Source: the human T2T-CHM13v2.0 reference genome, Homo sapiens. Taken from it: a stretch of DNA of 64,000 bases. Made by a program: the position numbers and the translations under genes. Location of the stretch: the NCBI RefSeq assembly GCF_009914755.1, contig NC_060930.1; one strand, given 5' to 3'. The notes below the pieces were generated by a model that was not told where the DNA came from, made no database searches, and saw only the letters and a list, made by a program, of their open reading frames with translations. Below are positions 1 through 12,099 of this stretch, in pieces (positions within the stretch are counted from its first letter, which is position 1; each line of letters opens with the position of its first letter).

Positions 1-1405
1 TTTTTTGGTGTCCTCTTCAATTTCTTGCATCAGTGTTTTATAGTTTTCATTAGCAAGATCTTTTACTTCTTTGGTTAATTCCTAGGTATTTATTTGTAGT
101 TATCATAAATGGCATTAATTTTTAATTTCTTTTTTAGATTATTTAGTATTGGCGTTGTAAACCAAAAAGTATCTGAGAAAAGTCTCAATGAATTTAGAAA
201 GTTTATTTTGCCAAGGTTAAGGATGCACCTATGACACAACATCAGGAAGTCCTGAAGACATGTACCCAAGGTGATCAGGGTACAACTTGCTTTTACACAT
301 TTTAGGGAGACATGAGACATCAATCAATATGTGCAATGGTTTCGTTCAGTAAGGTGGGAAAGTTCAAAGCAAGGGGGTGGGGGGGCTTCCAGGTTAGAAG
401 TAGATAAGAGACAAAAGTTTGCATTCTTTTGAGTCTTTGATCAGCCTTCCAATGAATATGAAATTTAACCTGGCTCAGTTAATCTACATTTTTACATAAA
501 CAATGGGCAGAAGAAGCAGTCAGATATGTGTTTATCTCAGGTGAGCCTCAGAGGGATGACTTTGAGTTCTGTCTATCCTTTGTCCACAAAGAATTTCCTT
601 GTGGGCAACTTGTGAGGGAGGGATGCAGCTTTTTATCTTTGTAGCTATCTTATTTAGGAACAAATGGGAGGCAGGTTTGCCTGATATAGTTCTCAGCCTA
701 ACTCTTTCCTTGGCTTAGTAATTTCGGGGTCCTGAGATTTATTTTCCTTTCACAGCATATAGAAATGCTACCGAATTCATATGTTGATTTTATATCTTGC
801 AACTTAACTGAATTTGTTTATCAGTTCTAATGGTTTTTTGGCAGGCTTTTTAGGTTTTTCCAAATATAATATTATATTATCTGCAAACAAGGATAATTTG
901 ATTTTTTTCTGTTCCAAATTGGATGCGCTTATATTTTTCCTCTTGTCTGATTGCTCTGGCTAAGACTTTGAGTACCACGTTGAATAACAGTGGTGTAAGT
1001 GTGCATTCTTGCCATGTTTCAGATCTTAAAGGTTGGTATAAATGCTCCCACTATGGGCAGGCATCAAATTATTTTTGTCTGGTTTTGCTTTCTGATGTAA
1101 CAGGACAGCATTGAGTTTAATGCCTCACAATTGCTGAGTTCCTTCTCTGCCCAGTGCACAGAAATCCTCTCTGCATCATGCCACCACTGCAGGAGGATGA
1201 GGGAGGGTGGTTTCAGAAATTTCAGATTTTTTTTCCTATCTCTTCAGTGCCCTTTTCAGTGACATGAAGTTAAAACAAGTTACTGTTTTTGCTCACCTGA
1301 GTGTTGGTCCTTATGAAGGTAATTTGGTATAGCTATTTGTTAAATTGGTGCTCTTTCTTGGGAGATGATTCATGGAAACTTCTATTCCATCATCTCGCTC
1401 TACCT
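1..1405 (-). mobile_element. Old LINE-1 (L1MA-type): ORF2 fragment joined by internal deletion (~1035) to its 5'UTR; interrupted by a MER4 LTR
   Basis: Antisense ORF2 sequence at 1-155 resumes in register at 755 (ttggcgt|gcatatagaaatgcta). L1M-type 5' end sequence runs ~1040-1405, ending ccatcatctcgctctacctc. Confidence 0.75.
156..754 (-). mobile_element. Solo LTR, MER4 group (MER4A/A1-like, ERV1)
   Basis: TG...CA termini. The minus strand starts TGTGAAAGGAAAATAAATCTC, typical of MER4A. 4-bp TSD gcgt (152-155)/gcat (755-758). Confidence 0.85.
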
Positions 1406-1424
1406 CACAGGTTTCTTTCATTAC

Positions 1425-1995
1425 TTAATTATTTATTTATTTTTAATTATACTTTAAGTTCTGGGATACATGTGCAGAATGTGCAGGTTTGTTACATAGG
1501 TATACATGTGCCATAGTGGTTTGCTACACCCATCAACCCCTTCATCTACATCTTAATGCTATTCCTCCCCTAGCCCCTCACCCCTCAACAGGCCCCAGTG
1601 TGTCATGTTTCCCTGCCTGTGTCCATGTGTTCTCATTGTTCAACTCCCACTTATGAGTAAGAACATGCGGTGTTTGGTTTTCTGTTCCTGTATCGGTTTG
1701 CTGAGAATGATGGTTTCCAACTTCATCCATGTCCCTGAAAAGGACATGAACTCATCCTTTTTATGGCTGCATAGTATTCCATGGTGTATATGGGCCACAT
1801 TTTCTTTAACCAATCTATCATTGATGGGCATTTGGGTTGGTTCCAAGTCTTTGCTATTGTGAACAGTGCTGCAATAAACATACATGTGCATGTGTCTTTA
1901 TAGTAGAATTATTTATAATCCTTTGGGTATACAACCAGTAATGGGATTGCTGGGTCAAATGGTATTTCTGGTTCTAGATCCCTGAGGAATCGCCA
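1425..1995 (-). mobile_element. 5'-truncated L1PA (approx. L1PA7-8) 3' end
   Basis: T-rich tail, then the canonical antisense L1PA 3'UTR (ttatactttaagttctgggatacatgtgcag) and ORF2 C-terminus (FAGTWMKLETIILSK-like). Confidence 0.9.
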
Positions 1996-4296
1996 AGTTT
2001 CTTTTTTTTTTAAGAATGCTAAATACAGGCCCCCAATCTCTTCTGAATTTTAGGGTTTCTGCTGAAATATCTGTTAGCCTGTTGGGGGTTCCTCTATAAA
2101 TCATCTGCCCCTTCTGTCTAGCTGTCTTTAATATTTTTTTTCTTTTATTTTGACCTTGGAGAATCTGATGACTATGTGTTTTCAGGATGGTCATCTTATA
2201 TAGTATCTCACGGGGGTTCTTTGCATTTCCTGAATTTCAATGTTGGCCTCTCTAGAGAGGTTGGGAAAATTTTTATGGATAATATCATCAGATATATTTT
2301 AAAAGTTGCTTGCTTTCTTTTCATCTCTTTCAGGGACACCAATTAGTGGTCGATTTGGTCTTTTTACATAATCCCATATTCTTCAGGGGGTTTGTTCATT
2401 ATTTATTTATTTTTTCTTCATTTTGGTTCGATTGAGTTATTTTGGAGAACATGTTCTTGAGCTCTGACATTCTTTCCTCAGCTTGATCTATTCTGCTGTT
2501 AATACCTGTGATTGTATCATAAAATTCTTGACATGAGGTTTTTAACTCTGTCAGATCAGTTTGATTCTTTCTTAAATGGCTATTTCATCTTTCACCTCTT
2601 GTATTGTTTTATCATATTCCTTACACACCACGTGTTGAGTTTTAACTTTCTCCCGAATCCTGATTATCTTTATTCCTATCAGTATTCTGAATTCTATGTC
2701 TATTATTTCAGCCAGTTCACCCTGGTTAAGAACTTTGCTGATGAAGTAGTGTGGTCATATGGAAGGGAGAAGACACTCTGGCTCTTTGAGTTGCCAGAGA
2801 TCTTTCACTGTTTCTTTCTCATCTGTGTGGGCTGATGTTCCTTCAGTCTTTGAAGTTGCTGTCCTTCGGATGGGGTTTCTTGCTTTTATCTTCTTTGATG
2901 CCCTTGGGGGCTTACTGCTGGTGTAAGTTGGGCTCAGTAAACTGGCTTCATTTCTGGAAGATTTTAGAAAGGAAAAGACTTGGCTCAGCACTCCTGGGAT
3001 GTGTGCTCTAACTCTGGGGGGCTGGTACTCTGGCTTTGTTCTCTAGCACCTCAAGGTTTGGAACCTGCTGTGCTGGAGGGGTCAAGGTGTTCCCAGCCTA
3101 CTTCCCACAACACTCTCAAAGGTGGTGTCAACCAAAGTCCTTCTTCAGATCAGTCGCAGCAGGATCCATGCTTGCATGCATGTAATAGCATCTGCAGCAG
3201 CATAGCAGGGTGATGCATACCAGCTGGGGCAGGGCATTGGCAGGAGTGGGGCAATGGTATTTCTACCCATGCTTGTACTGATATTGGTGAAGGTGGAGTA
3301 CTGGTGGGCACAGGAATACCAGTATCGGTGCATGCATTTGCCCTAGTGGTGGTGGTGCAGCAGGATGTCTGTGAGTCAGTGAGGTATAGGGGCAGTGCGG
3401 TGCACTAGTGCTAACGGTGGTGCAGAGCAGTGCACATGCACCTGTGTGCTGGCAGGGCAGGAGTGGTGAGGTCTCCCCATTGGCATGTGCCAGCAAAGTG
3501 GTTGGGGAATGGGCATGGGAGAGTACATTCCAGCAAAGCAGTAGGGTTATGCCATGGTGAAGGGACACTGCAGGTAGGCTGCTGCTTATTGCTGGGACTG
3601 GTCTGCTGGAGCTTTCTGATGGGAATATGTGATGGTCTGCTGTCAAAGTAGCTGTAATGACAGCCCACAGAAACCACTCTCGTGTATCTGAGGCTGCACT
3701 ACAGGAGGGTGTGGTCATGCTGGGGTTCCATAAGAGACGAGCAGATAGAGGGGCACTCACAGCAGTCTGGCCCCATCCTTCAGGCAAGACCGCCCTACTC
3801 TGTCCAGGTCCAAAAGTTGCCCTAAAGCTAAAGTCCCCTGGAAGAATATGACAAGCCTTGGGCTATGAATGTTGCTAGCTGTACTCCACTATAGACATTC
3901 CTGCACCAAACCCTCTATGATCTGCGCAGGCTGGAGTCCTTCCACTTCCACTTTTCTAAGCAGCTCTCCTTGCCCACTCAAGTGTCCATGGCAGTTGTGG
4001 AATCTCCTGCTACTACAATTCTGCAGGTCTGTGGCAAGAGCGGGCCAGTCCTTACCTGTTCAACTCACCCCTTCTCCACTAGTGTCTGGGAGTCAAGAAT
4101 CAAGTCCTGGTTCTCAGCAAAACCAGGGTTCCATGCTTCCTTCCACTTCACCTCAGTGTCTGCATCCTCCCCCATTCACTCTCAATGCCTTCCCTCTGAA
4201 GATTTGCCGAAAATGTGGCAGTCTACCCAAAATCCCGGTCTCTCAGTGGGAGATGTTCCTCCTAGTTGTGTCTATTTGGCCATGTTGACTCCTCCT
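1996..4296 (-). mobile_element. L1PB-type LINE-1, ORF1 remnant plus long 5'UTR
   Basis: ORF 1955-2194(-) resembles ORF1p (KILKTARQKGQ..ISAETL..RRDWGPVFSILK). Repetitive GC-richer 5'UTR at 3150-3650. 5' terminus ggccatgttgactcctcc at ~4278-4295. Confidence 0.75.
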
Positions 4297-5073
4297 TCTG
4301 GGGCTGCTTTAAAATCACTGTCAGATATTCTGACATCTGTGCCACCTCTATGTATCTTTTGATTGTCTTTTCTCATTTCTTTGATATTTTTCTACTTTTT
4401 GGTCGAATGAATAGTTTTAGATTGTGTCAAAGACAGTTTGAACATTATATTATCAGCCTCTAAGTGCCATTTGAAATTTCTATTTTAGCAAACACTCAAA
4501 GTCAACCAATTTAGGTTTAGAATGCAACTCTTGGACCATTTTGTGGATTGTGATTCAAATGTCAGTTTAGTTTTCAGAGACTCTTCTGTGCTATTGTGGT
4601 TAGCTTTGTTTGTGTGTTACCCAGAGGCCAATTTGAAACCTGAGTGCCATTACATACCACAATACCACAATTCTCTTCTCAAACCATTTGCTGTGCTGAT
4701 TCTGGTCAATGCCATGCAGGGGCTGGTTGAGACCTTCCCAGGACTTTAAACACACAGATTTAGAGAACCATTTTCTCCAGCATTGTGTGCTCTATAGTTC
4801 TGCCCCGACTCTCTAGTTCAAAGGGGCTAGAGTGCTATCTATTTGTTGTTGTTCACTTAATGCAGGCAGGGATGATTGAGAATATTCCACTCACATCTCT
4901 ACAGAGCCCAGTGGGGAGAAGGAAGGGCACGGCCTCTGCTTGCAGTGCTGCAGAGTGAGTATGGTCAACAGTGCTGCACCCCACTGGCTTCAAAGCACCT
5001 GGTGGGGAGAGTTATTTCAACTCTCATTTGAAGGGTGGGATGGTTGACAAAGCATCACCCACAATCTTCACAG

Positions 5074-5552
5074 TGAAGGAAGAGAAAGACCCTCTCATAT
5101 TATTTTATATTGTTTTATACTCAGTACCTGTTTTAAGAAAAAACAGCAAGGAAATAAAACCAAAGACAAGCAGCCCGGCGCCAGGCCCAAAACCAGGCCT
5201 GGGCCTGCCTGGCCTAAACCCAGTAGTTAAAAATCAACTCATAACTTAGAAACCGATGTTATTCATAGATTCCAGACATTGTATAGAACATTGTGAAACT
5301 CCCTGCCCTGTTCTGTTTCTCTCTGACCACCGGTGCATGCAGCCCCTGTCACGTACCCCTTGCTTGACTGAATCAATCACGACCCTTTCATGTAAAATCT
5401 TTAGTGTTGTGAGCCCTTAAATGGGACAGAAACTGTGCGCTCAGGGAGCTTGGATTTTAAGGCAGTAGCTTGCCGATGCTACCAGCTGAATAAAGCCCTT
5501 CCTTCTACAACTCGATGTCTGAGAAGTTTTGTCTGCAGCTCGTCCTGCTACA
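5074..5552 (+). repeat. 5' LTR (LTR2B-like)
   Basis: tgaaggaagag...cctgctaca. AATAAA at ~5489. Direct repeat of 11063-11544. Confidence 0.93.
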
Positions 5553-5557
5553 TTTCT

Positions 5558-5575
5558 TGGTTCCCTGACCGGGAA
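5558..5575 (+). promoter_or_regulatory. Primer binding site complementary to tRNA-Glu 3' end
   Basis: TGGTTCCCTGACCGGGAA just downstream of the 5' LTR, the HERV-E-type PBS. Confidence 0.92.
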
Positions 5576-5812
5576 GTGAGGTAATTGACGGACTGCCGAG
5601 GCAGCACCTTAGGCGGCTTAGACGTGCCCTGTGGAGCATCTCTGCGGGGGACTCCAGCCAGCCTGAGTGACGCGATCCAAACAGCGCTCCTGGGTAGGAA
5701 AATGCCCCAGTGGGATGCCTCACCAGAGCAGCGCTTGGCAGGCCCCCGCGGAGGATAAACACAGTGGCTGAACACCAGGAAGGAACTGGCACTTGGAGTC
5801 CAGACATCTGAA

Positions 5813-6038
5813 ACTTGGTAAGACTAGTCTTTTGAACTTGCCCCACTCCACCTGAGTGGAAGCATGGCCTGATCACCCGCAGTGTGCCTGTACTGGCATC
5901 TTTGTTCTGGTTTTGACTTGGCTTGACTTGGTAAGACTAGTCTTTTGAACTTGCCCCACTCCATCTGAGTGGAAGCGTGGCCTGATCACCCACGGTTTGC
6001 CTGTATTGGCATCTTTGTTCTGGTTTTGACTTGACTTG
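5813..6038 (+). repeat. 113-bp tandem duplication in the proviral leader, each copy with a TTG/GTAAGA splice donor
   Basis: acttggtaagactagtcttttgaacttgccccactcc... starts at both 5813 and 5926. Confidence 0.9.
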
Positions 6039-6213
6039 AATTGCTGGATACTTTGGTTTAGGTTTTTGATCTGGCTTGGATTTGTTGGATTTCTCTGATT
6101 TTGGTTTTGATTTTGGTTTTGTGTAAATTGCAAAAGTGTGTGTGTGCCCTCTTTCCTCTTCTTTGTTTGTGGTGTGTGTGTTGTGTGAGCATGGTGTTTT
6201 ATCTCAAAAAAAC

Positions 6214-6500
6214 ATGGGTCAGGTGCAAAGTAAGCCCACCCCACTGAGAACTATGTTAAAAAAAAATTTCAAGAAAGAATTTAAGGGAGATTACGGTGTT
6301 ACTATGACACCAGGAAAACTTAGAACTTTGTGTGAAATAGACTGGCTAGCATTAGAGGTGGGTTGGCCATCAGAAGGATGCCTGGACAGGTCCCTTGTTT
6401 CAAAGGTACGGCACAAGGTAACCTGGGTAAGCCAAAGTACCCAGACCAGTTTTCGTACATAGACAGTTACAGCTGGTTTTAGACCCCCTTTCCTCCCACT
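6214..6500 (+). pseudogene. gag: Truncated gag (matrix N-terminus), HERV-E-like
   Basis: MGQVQSKPTPLRTMLKKNFKK..DYGVTMTPGKLRTLCEIDWLALEVGWPSEG: myristoylation MG and gammaretroviral MA motif. The rest of gag is missing. Confidence 0.85.
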
Positions 6501-7594
6501 ACAGTAGTTAAGAGAACAGCAGCATAAGTGGCTGGCAGAGGCAAGGAAAGACCAGCAGAGAGAAAAAGAGGCCATCTATACCAATTCTAAGTTAGTTTAG
6601 ACTAAACAAGGTCTTATTAATAGCAAAGGATAATTGACATCTCAAACTTACAAGGTTTTCAACAAAAGTGAAGATTGCTAAAAGTTAACAGTGTAACATG
6701 TATTATGGTAACTTCTAATCTTGTGGCCTTAAACAGTCTAGTCCAAAGATATAAAGAAAGTTCTCTTTAAAAAAAGGAATGGTTATCTTCAAACAAAAAA
6801 AAAGAGGGGGAGGAAAAATTTATGTAAAAAGACTGTTATATGGTAAATTCTTGTCCTGAAATAAATTAACTGGTGGTTTAAAGAGAAAAAAAAGTTTGTA
6901 ATAAGTCAGAAAGTTAAGACATGTTGAAGAATTGTCAGGGAAAGTCGTGAAAGAAAAAATGTTATAAAAATTTTTATGCAAAGAATGTTGTATAATTTAA
7001 AAGTAATAAGGCCTCCTGAGTACTATTGAAGAAACAGTTTATGTGCAAAGTGTATAAAAAAGTAAAATATACCTTTGGTAAAAAGATTATAAGGAGGCAT
7101 AAGAATGTGGATTTTTTACCTACATTAAAAGGTTAAAAAAACTGTTTTAAAAGTTTAAGCAAGTTTTAAAACATTAATTGTAAAGAAAATTCTGTGTGTA
7201 AACATATTAGCTAAAGTTAAAAGGTATCATCCAGTTTTTCTGTGAACTGGACATGAAAGTAAAAATGCAACAGGTTTTTTTCATAAAACATCAAACTGCT
7301 CTTTAACAAAAATTATAAAAGGTTAAAAAAAGCCTATAAAATCTTACCTTATGGTCAAACATGAAAAACTGGAGAAATATGTCGACAAGGTTTTATTAAA
7401 GTTAAGTTTAATATTAAAAACACACTAATATAAAGGTAAAATTTAGCATATCTGGTATGAAAATCATACAAGAAACATTATTAAATATAAAATGGTGTTT
7501 AGCTTTCTTTGGTCTAAAAACTAATAAAAATTGGTGCTAAGGGAAACATTCATTTTACTAGAGGAACATAAAAGTTAAAGACTTAAAACAAACT

Positions 7595-8350
7595 TTGGCA
7601 ATTAAGACAACATACCAAGATGCAAATGCCTGGTTGAAATGGATCAAATATTCCATCTGCATGTTAAACAAAAGCAATTGTTATGCTTGTGCACATGGCA
7701 GGCCAGAGGCCCAGATTGTCTCCCTTCCACTAAGGTGGTCCTCCAGTCGACCAGGTGTGGGCTGCATGGTAGCTCTTTTCCAGGATTCTACATCCTGGAG
7801 TAGTAAGTCATGTGAAGCTCTCTCTGCTATATCCCGAAGTCCCTGAAGGTCAGCCCCTGAGGGCCATCCAGCTTCCATCTCCCAACACTAAGTTCACTTC
7901 CTGTCTCTCACGGCAGGGAGGAAACTTAGCATTCCTTGGAGACCTAAAGGGATGCGGTGAGCTTAAGAATTTTCAAGAGCTTATCAATCAGTCAGCCCTT
8001 GTTCATCCCTGTGCAGATGTGTGATGGTATTGTGGGGGACCTTTACTGGGCACTCTGCCAAATAACTAGAGTGGCACTTGTGCTTTAGTCCATTTGACTA
8101 TCCCTTTCACCCTGTCATTTCATCTACCAGAGGAAGGAAAAATAATAATAATAAGACATCGTAAAGTGAGAGAAGCCCCTTATAGGTCTTTCAACTCTCG
8201 CATTTATTTAGATGCAATTGAAGCCCCCAGGGAATACCAGATCAATTTAAAGCTTCAAATCAAACAGTTACAAGGTTTAAGTCAATATTTTGGTAGATGA
8301 CAGTCAATAAAATGTAGATTAGATAAACTATATCTATTACAACCAATAGC
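7595..8350 (+). pseudogene. env: First env-like remnant (SU with CxxC, MER4/MER41-group-like), frameshifted
   Basis: NAWLKWIKYS..LNKSNCYACAHGRPEAQIV..GCMVALFQD. Later W.CGGPLL.TLP..SGTCALV and DAI..PR motifs; multiple stops. Confidence 0.65.
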
Positions 8351-8354
8351 AATG

Positions 8355-8925
8355 GGCTTTTCATGAGTTAAAAAGAAAAACTCATGTTGGCCCCAGCCCT
8401 GAGGCTACCTGACCTGACAAAACTCTTTACACCCTATGTGTCAAAAAAAAAAAAAAAAAAGGCAGTTGTAGTTTTAACCCAGACTATAGGGCCCTGGCCA
8501 AGGCCAGTGGCCTATCTCTCGAAACAACTAGACGGGGTTTCCAAAGGCTGACCCCCTTGTCCAAGGGCCCTGGTAGCAACAGCCCTGTTAGCACAAGAAG
8601 CAGATAAGCTAACTCTTAGCCAAAACCTACACGTAAAGTCCCCCTATGCTGTGGTGATTTTAATAAAAACCAAAGGACACCATTAGCTAATGAATGCTAG
8701 ACTAACTAGATACCAAAGCTTGCTCTGTGAAAATCCCCACATAAGAACTGAAGTTTGCAACACCCTAAACCCCACCACCTTGCTCCCAGTGTCAGAGAGC
8801 CCAGTTAAACATAACTGTGTAGAAGTATTGGACTCAGTTTATTCTAGTGGGCCCAACCTCTGAGACCATCCTTAAACATCAGTAGACTGGGAGCTGTACG
8901 TGGATGGGAGCAGCTTCGCCAACCC
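8355..8925 (+). pseudogene. pol: pol fragment (RT connection to start of RNase H)
   Basis: [55 protein letters not shown] and WELYVDGSSF motifs. No RT catalytic core. Confidence 0.85.
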
Positions 8926-9005
8926 CTGCAAAGTGACTCTAAAGAAGATGACAAGCCCTGCTCCAGTCACACCCAGAAGCTGACTGGTCCATGCACAGCC
9001 GAAGC

Positions 9006-11034
9006 ATGAGGAAACTCATCGCGGGACTCATTTTCCTTAAAATTTGGACTTGTACAGTAAGGACTTCAACTGACCTTCCTCAGACTGAGGGCTGTTCCCA
9101 GTACATACATCAAGTCACTGAGGTAGGACAAAAGATTGCTACAGTCCTATTATTTTATGGTTATTATAAGTATACCAGGACTCTAAAAGAAACTTGTTTG
9201 TATAATGCTATTCTATCCAAAGTATGTAATACAGGAAGTGACCAGCCCGATGTGTGCTATGACCCCTTTAAGCCTCCCATGATCACAGTTTTTAAAATAA
9301 AATTAAGGACTGGTCCTTTTCTAAGTGACACAAGTAAAGTAATAGAAGACAAGAATGAGGGGTCCCCAAAACTGTAACCTTAAAATTTGATGCCTGTGCC
9401 GCTATTAATAGTAAACAGCATGAGATAAGATGTGGTTCTCTAGATTGGGAAAAAAGTTACACAGCAGAAAATAAGTACATCTGTCAAAAATCATGTTTAT
9501 GTGAGATGTGTCAATACTGGTCTTGTGTCATTTGGGTTACTTAAAAAGAAGATAAAAAAGATCCTGTTTGACTCCAAAAAAGAAAAGTCAGCCCCTCCTG
9601 CATGAGTGTGAGCTGCAACCTTTTAGAAATGATAATCACAAACCCCTCAGACCCAAAGTAAAATAAAGGAAAAGATGTAACATTAGACATTAATGGAAAA
9701 GGACTAGATCCTAGTGTAAGCATCCTAATAAAAGGAGAGGTTCAAAGACGCTATCCAGAACCAGTATTTCAGACTTTCTATGATAAACTAAATGTGCCAG
9801 TACCTGAGATTCCAGGAAAAATTAAAAATTTGTTTTTGCAATTAGCCAAGCATGTAGCCCAGTCTCTAAATGTCACCTCATGTTATGTTTGTGGAGAAAC
9901 CATAACAGGAAATCAATGGCCATAGGAAGCCCGAGAATTAGTTCCTACAGATCCAGTTCCTGATGAATTCCCAGCCCAAAAGAACCAGCCTGACAATTTT
10001 TAGATTCTAAAAGTCTCAATTATTGGACAGTATTGCATAGCTAGAAAAGGAAAAAGATTCACTCATCCTGTAGCGCGGCTTAGTTGTCTTGAGCAAAAGC
10101 TGTATAATGGTACTACAAAAAGTTACATGGTGAAGTTCCAATTACACAGAAGTAAATTTCCAAAGTTGCAGACTGTTTGGGCCCACCCAGAATTCCACTG
10201 GGACTGGACAGTACCCACCAGGTTATACTGGATATGTGGACACAGAGCTTATGTTAAGCTCCCTGATCAGTGGACAGGTAGCTGGGTAATTGGCACCATC
10301 AAGCCATCTTTCTTCTTACTGCCCATAAAAACAGGTGAACTTCTAGGCCTCTCAGTCTATGCTTCCTGCAAAAAATGAAGCATAGCCATAGGTGATTAAA
10401 AAAATAATGAATGGCCCCCTGAAAGAATCATACAATACTATAATCCTGCCACTTAGACACAAGACGGCTCATGGGGATACCGGACCCCCATTTACATACT
10501 CAACTGAATCATACAGTTGCAAGCTGTTTTAAAAATCACCACTAATAAAACCGGTCAAGCCTTGACTGTTCTTGCCTGGCAAGAGACTCTGATGAAAAAT
10601 GCTATCTATCAAAATAGACTAGCTCTTGACTACTTGCTAGCAGCTGAAAGAGGAGTTTGTGAAAAATTTAACCTTACTAATTGTTGTCTACACACGGATG
10701 ATTGGGGCAAGTAGCTAAAGATATAGTTAAAGATATAACACAACTGGCACATGTACCCGTGCAAGTGTGGCATGGACTCAATCCAGGAGCCATGTTTAGA
10801 AATTGGTTTCCAGCAATGGGAAAATTTAAAACTCCTATAATAAAAGTAATAATAGTAATAGGAACCTGCTTACTGCTCCCTTGTTTGCTACCTGTACTTC
10901 TTCAAATGATAAAAAGCTTTGTCGCTACCTTAGTTCACCAAAATGCTTCAGCACAAGCATACTATATAAATCACTATCAATCTATTGCACAAAAAGATAT
11001 AAGTAACAAAAATAAGAGTGAGAACTCCCGCTAA
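9006..11034 (+). pseudogene. env: Disrupted env (HERV-E/HERV-I/ERV3-like) with SU and TM
   Basis: Signal peptide MRKLIAGLIFLKIWTC; NVTSCYVCG; immunosuppressive domain [13 protein letters not shown] followed by CX6CC ([10 protein letters not shown]); hydrophobic TM IIVIGTCLLLPCLLPVLL. Many stops. Confidence 0.9.
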
Positions 11035-11051
11035 TAAAAAGTGAGAGTCTC

Positions 11052-11062
11052 AAAAGGGGGAA
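11052..11062 (+). promoter_or_regulatory. Polypurine tract
   Basis: aaaagggggaa immediately before the 3' LTR. Confidence 0.85.
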
Positions 11063-11544
11063 TGAAGGAAGAGAAAGACCCTCTCATATTATTTTATATT
11101 GTTTTATACTCAGTACCTGTTTTAAGAAAAAACAACAAGGAAATAAAACCAAAGACAGGCAGCTCGGCGCCACGCCCGAAACCAGGCCTGGGCCTGCCTG
11201 GCCTAAACCCAGTAGTTAAAAATCAACTCATAACTTAGAAACCGACATTATTCATAGATTCCAGACATTGTATAGAAGAACATTGTGAAACTCCCTGCCC
11301 TGTTCTCTTTCTCTCTGACCACCGGTGCATGCAGCCCCTGTCATATACCCCTCGCTTGCCCGAATCAATCACGACCTTTTCATGTAAAATCTTTAGCGTT
11401 GTGAGCCCTTAAAAGGGACAGAAATTGTGCATTCAAGGAGGTCGGATTTTAAGGCAGTAGCTTGCCGATGCTCCCAGCTGAATAAGGCCCTTCGTTCTAC
11501 AACTCAGTGTCTGAGAGGTTTTGTCTGCAGCTCGTCCTGATACA
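11063..11544 (+). repeat. 3' LTR (LTR2B-like)
   Basis: About 29 substitutions plus one 3-bp indel versus the 5' LTR (manual count, ~6%). Confidence 0.93.
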
Positions 11545-11967
11545 ACAGAGCCTAGTGGGAAGTGGGAGAGGTGGGCATAATTGCAGAGCTAATATCTGCA
11601 GAGCTGACTTCCTCGTCCTTTGGCTGTAGAGGAAATAAAAAAGGCTTATGCTTTTCTTGAGCTTTTTTGGTATGTGTCCATTTGTGTTTCTAATTGCAGG
11701 ATGCTCTAGTAGATCCCTCAATCTCTAGTCAGAAGTCTTTAACTTTTTGCTTTACGTTTCAATGATTTTTTCATAGTTATTTTATGCATTTTGTTGTTTT
11801 TTTTGTTGTTGTTGTAATTAGTAGGCGCAATAGAGTGGAATGTGCTTGTTCCATCTTGTCCGGAACCAGGAGCTCTGTGTTTTTTATGCTTCTGCCTATC
11901 TTAGTTTTCCTTTTATTGCCTATTTCTTTTTCTCTTGACCACCTTTTTCTCTTTAAAATTTAGCCCA

Positions 11968-12065
11968 GAGGAATCACCATATTGTCATCCACAATGAATA
12001 AACTAATTTATGTTCCCACCAACAGTATATAAGCATTCCTTTCACTCCACAACCTTGTCAGCATC

Positions 12066-12099
<34 letters not shown>

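Larger units (their letters stand above)
5074..11544 (+). mobile_element. Full-length non-autonomous class I provirus, Harlequin/HERV-E type with LTR2B-like LTRs
   Basis: Two ~480-bp direct repeats with TG...CA ends, 4-bp TSD acag (5070-5073, 11545-11548), tRNA-Glu PBS, PPT, and gag/pol/env remnants. Confidence 0.93.

Noticed and set aside
1-1030. Similarity to 59320-59750 suggesting a local duplication
   Set aside because: Both are ORF2 of related L1MA subfamilies with ordinary divergence.
1025-1045. 5'UTR-to-ORF2 junction as another spliced L1
   Set aside because: No recognisable splice-site boundaries; it looks like a microhomology deletion.
3145-4362. Cluster of 60-174 aa ORFs
   Set aside because: They lie in a GC-richer L1PB 5'UTR, overlap on both strands and show no recognisable domains.
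8991-11034. Domesticated env/syncytin-like gene
   Set aside because: Broken by many stops and frameshifts; the longest piece is ~128 aa.
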